From Hyperthermus butylicus DSM 5456 (GTDB taxonomy: Archaea > Thermoproteota > Thermoprotei_A > Sulfolobales > Pyrodictiaceae), in NCBI RefSeq assembly GCF_000015145.1, contig NC_008818.1, positions 180,001 to 212,000 of the forward strand: a stretch of DNA of 32,000 nt, written 5' to 3'. Made by a program: the position numbers and the translations under genes. This document shows, in pieces, positions 26,062 to 32,000 of this stretch (the first letter of the stretch is position 1; each line of letters begins with the position of its first letter). The notes beneath the pieces are model-generated. The model did no database searches, was not told the DNA's origin, and saw only the letters and a program-made list of their open reading frames with translations.

Positions 26062-27021
26062 ATGGTATCATCGGCCTCCCTTATCTGGGTGCCCTGGCTC
26101 GTGGCTATCAGCGGGCCGGGCTTTACTGTTGAGGCTGTGCTGGGGCTTGGTAGGGCAGTTCTGCCTGGCGGTGTGGCTGAGCCTGTGCTGGTTTATCGCG
26201 GGAGGGTATATGGGCTAGGCGAGTGGGGCTATAGTGACGTCAGGGAGGTTATGCTTGAGGTTGGCCCTGAGGAGCTTGAGGGCCTCGCACGCGTGGTCTC
26301 CTCGAGCGATAGGGGCTTGCCGCTGAGCGCTGTCCGGCTCCTGGCCCCAGTGGATAAGCCGGAGAAGATTATCTGTATCGGCGTAAACTACCGGGCTCAT
26401 GCGAGGGAGAGTGGTGTCGAGCTGCCGGGAACCCCTAACCTATTCGTCAAGACCGGCAACAGCATTGTGGGCCCCGGCGACCCCGTGGTGGTGCACTCTG
26501 TTGGCTTGAAGCTTGACGGGGAGGTTGAGCTAGCAGCGGTTATAGGTATACCTGCCCGCAGTATACCTCCAAGCGAGGCCCCTGACGTGGTATGGGGCTT
26601 CATGGTGCTTAACGATGTGACTTCCAGGCTTGAGCAGAGGGAGCTGGGTATAAGCCAGTGGTGGAGGGCTAAGAGCCACGACACCTACGCCCCCACCGGC
26701 CCGATAATCGTGCCACGCCACATGGTTAGCATCGGCGACACTGAGCTAGAGCTCGTGGTTGATGGTATCGTGGCGAGACGTGGCAACACGGGCGACATGG
26801 TTCATAGCGTCTGGGACATAGTTTCAGTAGCTAGCACGTCAGCCCTACTCGTGCCGGGCGACATAATCTGCACTGGAACGCCTGCCGGAACGATGCCGGA
26901 CGGAAAACCGGCGAAGACCCCGGAGCCGGGCTCCGTTATGAGGGCGTGCGCCCGGGGGATAGGCTGTATCGAGAACAGAGTGGTTCTCGACGAGGAGCTA
27001 TGCCCTCATGGCGGCCTCTAG
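26062..27021 (+). CDS. fumarylacetoacetate hydrolase (FAH)-family protein
   Basis: The core is 'KIICIGVNYRAHARE..PNLFVKTGNSIVGPGDPVV..GEVELAAVIG..VWGFMVLNDVTSR..WRAKSHDTYAPTGP..GDIICTGTPAG'. The track ORF starts at 25981, but ATG 26062 is preferred. The 3' end overlaps the convergent radical SAM gene by 24 nt. Confidence 0.85.
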   Translation: MVSSASLIWVPWLVAISGPGFTVEAVLGLGRAVLPGGVAEPVLVYRGRVYGLGEWGYSDVREVMLEVGPEELEGLARVVSSSDRGLPLSAVRLLAPVDKPEKIICIGVNYRAHARESGVELPGTPNLFVKTGNSIVGPGDPVVVHSVGLKLDGEVELAAVIGIPARSIPPSEAPDVVWGFMVLNDVTSRLEQRELGISQWWRAKSHDTYAPTGPIIVPRHMVSIGDTELELVVDGIVARRGNTGDMVHSVWDIVSVASTSALLVPGDIICTGTPAGTMPDGKPAKTPEPGSVMRACARGIGCIENRVVLDEELCPHGGL

Positions 27022-28521
27022 CCGGGCCTTAATCTTCGGCATGAGTCTCCGTGTCTTCCACTTTATGTAGGCTATGACGGCTTTAAGCCCGAGTTTTAGC
27101 GGTATGTACTCGACGCCCCGCAGGTAGAGCTTCGAGATCATCTCCTCGGCCCAGTAGAGGCTGTGCTCGAGAGTCTTCAGCATGACCTCCAGATGCTCGG
27201 GCTTTAGCAGCTTCCGCTGGAACCAGTCCCTATTCTTAAACACGCCCATGGGCACAAAGAACATTGGCACGATAAGGCTGCGGTACGGGCGGAGCCGGTC
27301 TAGGCCCTCAGCGGTCTTCATCACGTCGTCCGGGGTCTCCCCTGGGAGACCAAGTATGATGGTGCCAGCTGGTATTATCCAGTTGTCGTGCATTATAGCG
27401 AAGGCATCCTCAACTATCTCCGGCCACTTCTCCGCAGGGTAGGGAGCAGCCTTCGCGGGCATAACCTTCCTGGCTAGGTTCACGCTCAGAGTCTCAATCC
27501 CGACCTCCACGCCTAGGAACCGTTCCCGCCGGAGCACGTAGTCCCCCATGATCCTGGAGATGAGCTTGTAGTTCTCCTCCGCGTACTTGACCGCTGCTAG
27601 GCTTGCATGGCTCCACGCCAGGGTGCCGTCGGTGGCACGGTACCATAGCTCGTGCAGTTTTAGCAGCGGCTCCGGCCGCGGCTTGACGCCATCAGCACCA
27701 TACAGCAGCACGTCCTCGCTGTGGTATATCACGTCTCGTACGCCGTGCCTCTTATTCACCTCTATCTCAGCCTTTATCTTCTCCAGCGGTATGAAGCGTA
27801 GCGGCCTCAGCGTTACGCTGCAGAACTTGCAGCCCCTCGGGCACCCTCTCATTATCTCGACGAGACCGTTAACACTAGCCCCCCTTATCACGGGTATCTC
27901 CTCGATGCTTGGCGACTCGCCAGGCCCAACGTAGATGTAGTCGGGGAGCGGTTCGCCTTTCAGCGCCTTATCGACAACATCTACTATCACCCTCTCAGCC
28001 TCTCCGTCTATCACCGTATCGACACCCCATTTCTTCCAGTACTCTAGCTCCCACAGCCACTGCCATGCAGCTGGCCCGCCAACAATAATGCGTACACCCT
28101 TCTCCCGCGCCTTCCTCACTGCGGGGCTCTCCATTAGGCGGCGGAAGCTCCTCCGGTTAACGGGCTCCTTGCCAGTTATCATCCACCACTCGCTGCTCGG
28201 CGGCCCCAAGGCGAAGAAGTCATGGTGCCCTATCAGCAGCACCTTCATCGTGTCAAGGTGCTTATGGAGGTGGTCCGGATCGATGATAGCAGCTTTGAAC
28301 CCCGCCTCTTGCAGCTTAGCCTCGATCTTCCTGAGCCCATATGGCGCTTGCCATGGTCTCCCCTCACTATCAACTCTTATCTTAGGTGCTGCCACCCACA
28401 TCCAAACACGCTCTGGCACCCCGATAGGCGGCCCCGTGGCCATAAACCCGATAAACTCCTTGCCATGGTGGTTGGACATCATGGTACGGTCGGTCGTAAT
28501 TACAACCTCATAACCACCCAC
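26998..28521 (-). CDS. radical SAM enzyme with an N-terminal B12-binding-like (Rossmann) domain
   Basis: 507 aa. The N-terminus is 'YEVVITTDRTMMSNHHG..' and 'VLLIGHHDF..RIIVGGPAA'. The radical SAM motif is 'MRGCPRGCKFCSV' (CxxxCxxC), and 'GVEVGIETLS' is also present. Confidence 0.88.
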   Translation of the reverse strand: MGGYEVVITTDRTMMSNHHGKEFIGFMATGPPIGVPERVWMWVAAPKIRVDSEGRPWQAPYGLRKIEAKLQEAGFKAAIIDPDHLHKHLDTMKVLLIGHHDFFALGPPSSEWWMITGKEPVNRRSFRRLMESPAVRKAREKGVRIIVGGPAAWQWLWELEYWKKWGVDTVIDGEAERVIVDVVDKALKGEPLPDYIYVGPGESPSIEEIPVIRGASVNGLVEIMRGCPRGCKFCSVTLRPLRFIPLEKIKAEIEVNKRHGVRDVIYHSEDVLLYGADGVKPRPEPLLKLHELWYRATDGTLAWSHASLAAVKYAEENYKLISRIMGDYVLRRERFLGVEVGIETLSVNLARKVMPAKAAPYPAEKWPEIVEDAFAIMHDNWIIPAGTIILGLPGETPDDVMKTAEGLDRLRPYRSLIVPMFFVPMGVFKNRDWFQRKLLKPEHLEVMLKTLEHSLYWAEEMISKLYLRGVEYIPLKLGLKAVIAYIKWKTRRLMPKIKARLEAAMRA

Positions 28522-28546
28522 GACCCACCACCTTGGCCCGCGTCTC

Positions 28547-28939
28547 CTAGCCCTGCGTCACACCCACAGCCTCCATTGCCGCCTGCTTCAGCTCCTCATC
28601 CGCAGTCTCGTCAACAACCACAGCCGTATCTGGGCTCGCAACGATCTCCCTAAGCTTCACCGTGTCAGCGCCATGATACCAGACGCGAAGGCTATACGCG
28701 ATATTGTTCAGTATTATCCCCCGGACAGTCTCCATGTAGTCCGGCCTGGGGCGAGTTGTGAACACGTGCAGCTCAAACCCACGGTAGCCCCTTGCAGCTT
28801 CCCTCGCCATAAGGGCGAGCACCTGCTGCACAATACCGCGGCCCCCGCCGAGCACAAGCACTATCCTCCTGACACCACGGCCGCTCTGGAAACTCATGAG
28901 ACCCGCATTCACCCATACTATAGTATTGTTAACCGGCAT
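28547..28939 (-). CDS. hypothetical small alpha/beta protein, apparently co-transcribed with the B12-like radical SAM gene
   Basis: 130 aa, ending 25 nt upstream of the radical SAM start on the same strand. It contains 'RRIVLVLGGGRGIVQQVLALMAREAA', which is Rossmann-strand-like. I recognise no family. Confidence 0.5.
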   Translation of the reverse strand: MPVNNTIVWVNAGLMSFQSGRGVRRIVLVLGGGRGIVQQVLALMAREAARGYRGFELHVFTTRPRPDYMETVRGIILNNIAYSLRVWYHGADTVKLREIVASPDTAVVVDETADEELKQAAMEAVGVTQG

Positions 28940-29762
28940 TATAAGTGCTTAGACGCTGACCCCAAGCCTAGATACGACTGCCTAACCAGTGTACACAGAA
29001 AATCCATCGATACCCGAGCGGTAGAACCACTCAGCGCCAGGCCCCGCTATGCCACGTTATTAGTGAATGGAGAGATAGGCTTCCCTTACATATACTTGTC
29101 AGCGGTGGGCCCGTTCCACCGTTTAGCTCGTGGCTGCATCCATAGGGGCTCCATGCGGAATACTGTGATCCATACCTGGTGTCCTAGTGGAAGGCATAGC
29201 TAATGCACTACCATACTTCAACCTTCAACACGGCTGTATAGTACATAAACCATCCCAGCTGCGATACGGTATAGGCATGGTGTTAAGAACGGCAGTGCCA
29301 TACCAGCAAGCAGAATCCCTCCATCGTATAGCTTGTGGGGCTAATCACTGACGGACCTCTTATCCTTCCCCTTTGCGTCTAGACGGTAACCCAGCTCAGC
29401 TGACTATGTGGTGTGTCAGTATTATTGGAATGATCAGACCGAACATATGGGCGGGTATACCATGCATGTTAGCCATTATCCGCAGTACGGTGCAGGCCCT
29501 AAGGCTTGTTCAGCATTTACGGGTCAGAGCTGGGGAAAAGCTACATCACTACTATACCCAGGGAGGTTTGAGGGAGGCTAGGTATCGGGGATTGCGATGT
29601 GTTGAAGCTAGTTATGTATGGTAATGATATTGTGTTGGGGAAGCCGAAGTTTCTGATTAGGATTTACTACACTATCGAGGGTCTGTATCGCCAGCGTTCA
29701 TCCATATATTCTCCTCCTCACCGTTGCCCTCTCGGCTTATCCTCGCTGGGTGGTCTCAGTTG

Positions 29763-30500
29763 ATGATCTGGTTCATCGGTACTGCGGGCGCCGGAGGGGT
29801 TCCGGGCCGAGCTAAGAACTGTATCCTGGTTGACACGGGGGATGCTAGGCTCCTCCTCGATGTTGGGCCGGGCTGCGTGGAGAGGCTCTACGAGCTGGGC
29901 TACAGCGCCTGTGACGTGGACTACATCTACATAAGTCACCTCCACATGGACCATTGGAGCGGCTTGTTCGATTACGCTGTCCGCTACAGTGTGGAGGGCT
30001 GCAGCCAGCCTCCAACGCTGCTAGCGGGGGAGAAGGTGAGGGATCAGTTGTCATCAGTCATAGAGACGCTGCCTGGCAGGCTACGCGGCGAGGTGGGAGC
30101 CCGCAGCATACCAGCCAGCGGGGGCCTAGAGCTTGACGGGATGCTGATCCGGGTCTACGAGGCCGTGCATACACTCCCAGCCTACACTGTTGAAGTAATT
30201 GTTGACGGGTCGACGCTTGTCTACAGTGGCGATACAGGGCCAACGGGGAAACTCCGAGAACTAGCATCGAGGACTGATCTCCTCGTGGTTGAGGCCTCTA
30301 TGCCTCGAGGGATGGAGGTCAAGGCAAGGGAGACCGGGCACCACACTGTGGATGAGGCAGCAGCATACCGCGACCAGATGAGGAGCGAAGCACTACTAGT
30401 GCTAACACACCTCACCAGAGAAAGCCTCGAAGACATAAGGCGGCATGGGCTCCCACGCAGAGTCATAGCCGCCTCCGACGGGCTCGTCCTCAGCATCTAG
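29763..30500 (+). CDS. MBL-fold metallo-hydrolase (RNase Z-like subgroup)
   Basis: It begins 'MIWFIGTAGAGGVP..ILVDTG' and carries the metal motif 'ISHLHMDHWSG', a later 'VHT', and 'YSGDTG'. The track ORF starts at TTG 29724, but ATG 29763 gives the typical N-terminus. Confidence 0.8.
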   Translation: MIWFIGTAGAGGVPGRAKNCILVDTGDARLLLDVGPGCVERLYELGYSACDVDYIYISHLHMDHWSGLFDYAVRYSVEGCSQPPTLLAGEKVRDQLSSVIETLPGRLRGEVGARSIPASGGLELDGMLIRVYEAVHTLPAYTVEVIVDGSTLVYSGDTGPTGKLRELASRTDLLVVEASMPRGMEVKARETGHHTVDEAAAYRDQMRSEALLVLTHLTRESLEDIRRHGLPRRVIAASDGLVLSI

Positions 30501-30575
30501 TGCGAGCCTAGCGTAAACACCATACGGAAGCCGTTCCAGTCCACTGCAGCTAGAGCCGAGACAATCATTCGTTGT

Positions 30576-31841
30576 ATGTGTCCTTGGATTTCTGTGTCAC
30601 AAATACTAGCACATTGCTCTCCGGAAATGGTGTTCCAGTGGACTAGCTCAACAAGCTGTAGTGTTCCATACGTAGCAAGCTGTGGAGAGGCCTCTTACCC
30701 CAAAGACTACTATGGGCTACTGGGGGGTTTAGCTTTGGAGTGGCTGCGTGGGGGCAGTTGGGAGGAGGTAGCAAGGGAGCTGGGGGAGCTGCGTGCTGGA
30801 GAACCTAGTCCGTGCCGTGTTGCAGGTAGCACTGTTGCAGAACCTTTGCCTGTTGCACGTAGGGCTTACAGCCTCTATGCAGATGTGAATCTTAACGATC
30901 CTGCTTCGTGGCCTAGTGTGACAAAGCTCCTGGAGGGTATTTCTAGGGTCCTCGAGGAACTCAGGCTTGGTCATCGCTGGCTCGTTGCTGTAAGTGGTGG
31001 CAGCGAGGCAGTATTGACGGGTCTCTACATTGCGAGAGAGTATACGCGGGGCAGGGTGGTTGTAGCGTCTAGTGCTGCCCATGCATCCGTGCTAAAGGCT
31101 GCCCGTGTCCTGGGCATGGAGGTTAAGCTTGTGCAGGTGGACTCTAGGCTGAGGATAGACCTCTACGCCCTGGAGAAGACGTTGAGGGGAGTTCAGAATG
31201 TTGCTGCTATCGTTGCGACAGCAGGTGTCACTGATAACGGTGCTGTGGATCCAGTTAGGGATGTGGCCAAGCTTGCCTGGGAGCATGGTGCAGTAGTGTA
31301 TGTGGACGCTGCTTTTGGCGGCCTACCACTCCTAGGGTTGGGGAGCACCGAGACAGTATTGCCCCGTGGCGGCCCCGCCCTAGCCGGGATAGACTTCCAC
31401 AAGCACGTAGCACCTCCGCCATCCTCCATACTTGTATCAAACACAGCGGAGCTTAGGGACTACATAGTGTTCCCCGCGCCCTACATGCCCTTGGGGAGGC
31501 AGGAGACGCTACTCTGGACCCGGCCAGCATCGGGCCTAGCAGCAGCCTATGCAGCCCTTAGGGCACTAGGAGCCAGTGGCGTTGGAGAGCTAGCAAGATA
31601 CCTCTACAGGCTAGCCTCGAAGCTGGCATCCATCCTCGAGCAGCGGGGTGTAGAGTTGTTGTCGCCTCTCGATACGCCTCTCGTGGCCTTTCGGCCCCCA
31701 AGTGTGGAGGGGGCGTTGAAGAGGCTGAGAAGGAGAGGCTGGATACTCTACCCCTCCAGGCTTCCCGGCATACTGCGCTACGTAGCAAAGTGGTGCCACG
31801 AGCCCGGAGACGTGGAGGAGATAGCGGAGGCGGTAGCCTAG
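30576..31841 (+). CDS. mfnA: PLP-dependent group II decarboxylase, MfnA-like (Tyr/Asp decarboxylase family)
   Basis: It contains 'VSGGSEAVLTGLYIARE', 'GVTDNGAVDPV', 'VYVDAAFGG' and the PLP-Lys motif 'IDFHKHVAPPPSSIL'. The start is uncertain: 30576, 30627 or later. Confidence 0.78.
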   Translation: MCPWISVSQILAHCSPEMVFQWTSSTSCSVPYVASCGEASYPKDYYGLLGGLALEWLRGGSWEEVARELGELRAGEPSPCRVAGSTVAEPLPVARRAYSLYADVNLNDPASWPSVTKLLEGISRVLEELRLGHRWLVAVSGGSEAVLTGLYIAREYTRGRVVVASSAAHASVLKAARVLGMEVKLVQVDSRLRIDLYALEKTLRGVQNVAAIVATAGVTDNGAVDPVRDVAKLAWEHGAVVYVDAAFGGLPLLGLGSTETVLPRGGPALAGIDFHKHVAPPPSSILVSNTAELRDYIVFPAPYMPLGRQETLLWTRPASGLAAAYAALRALGASGVGELARYLYRLASKLASILEQRGVELLSPLDTPLVAFRPPSVEGALKRLRRRGWILYPSRLPGILRYVAKWCHEPGDVEEIAEAVA

Positions 31842-32000
31842 ACAAAGGCGTCCATGCTACGATATATCACGTACATGGAGTAGACGGCTAACACGAGTGC
31901 AGCAGCAGAGACGGCGAGTATAGCTCCGACCACTACATAGGCTGTCTGCATGCTAAACCCGGCAACCTCTATAATCCTCTCGATCTCTGATGGTGTAGTC
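31838..32000 (-). CDS. C-terminal fragment of a membrane-anchored protein (gene continues beyond the window end)
   Basis: My own minus-strand translation is ..TTPSEIERIIEVAGFSMQTAYVVVGAILAVSAAALVLAVYSMYVIYRSMDAFV*. It shares an overlapping CTAG stop with the decarboxylase gene. Confidence 0.35.
   Translation of the reverse strand, partial: TTPSEIERIIEVAGFSMQTAYVVVGAILAVSAAALVLAVYSMYVIYRSMDAFV

Noticed and set aside
29610-29665. Possible C/D-box sRNA (AATGATA ... CTGA)
   Set aside because: The C box is imperfect, no C'/D' pair is present, and the spacing between boxes (about 26 nt) is too short for the canonical archaeal dual-guide architecture.
1-32000. CRISPR arrays, IS elements or transposases, integrases, rRNA and tRNA genes
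   Set aside because: I scanned for regularly spaced direct repeats, terminal inverted repeats, DDE/tyrosine-recombinase-like ORFs and cloverleaf-compatible sequences. None were found. Absence is based on reading by eye only.

Overview
The window looks like chromosomal DNA from a hyperthermophilic crenarchaeon. Supporting signs are a 1413-aa reverse gyrase, a class-III (type IV pilin) signal peptide, frequent GTG/TTG starts with A/T-rich TATA boxes about 25-30 nt upstream, and roughly 58-65% GC in core genes. Most of the window is housekeeping: sucCD, hemA, ilvA-ridA, reverse gyrase, an FAH-family hydrolase, an MfnA-like PLP decarboxylase, an MBL-fold hydrolase and an EamA transporter that runs off the left edge. 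Accessory or unusual content is listed below.
(1) A low-GC (~40-45%) island carries a NikR-like regulator divergent from a short P1B-type ATPase. That ATPase is frameshifted by a perfect 13-bp tandem duplication.
(2) A 680-bp ORF-poor, GC-rich, heavily self-complementary interval between sucC and nikR carries RNase P RNA-like motifs.
(3) A Tad/Epd-like type IV pilus locus contains a pilin, a secretion ATPase, two half-size platform proteins and a two-domain KaiC-like ATPase whose second domain is degenerate. It is flanked by a tandem-DUF2795 protein.
(4) Two radical SAM enzymes are present, one SPASM-type divergent from the pilin and one with a B12-binding-like domain and a small upstream partner.
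(5) A low-GC patch at 24.5-25.9 kb holds a wHTH gene with an in-frame TAG, a 59-aa membrane/coiled-coil ORF below the ORF-track cutoff, and a Cys-containing orphan.
(6) An ~780-bp stretch at 28.9-29.7 kb is essentially ORF-free.
No CRISPR array, rRNA, tRNA or recognisable transposase was seen. All functional calls come from motif recognition by eye; nothing was searched.
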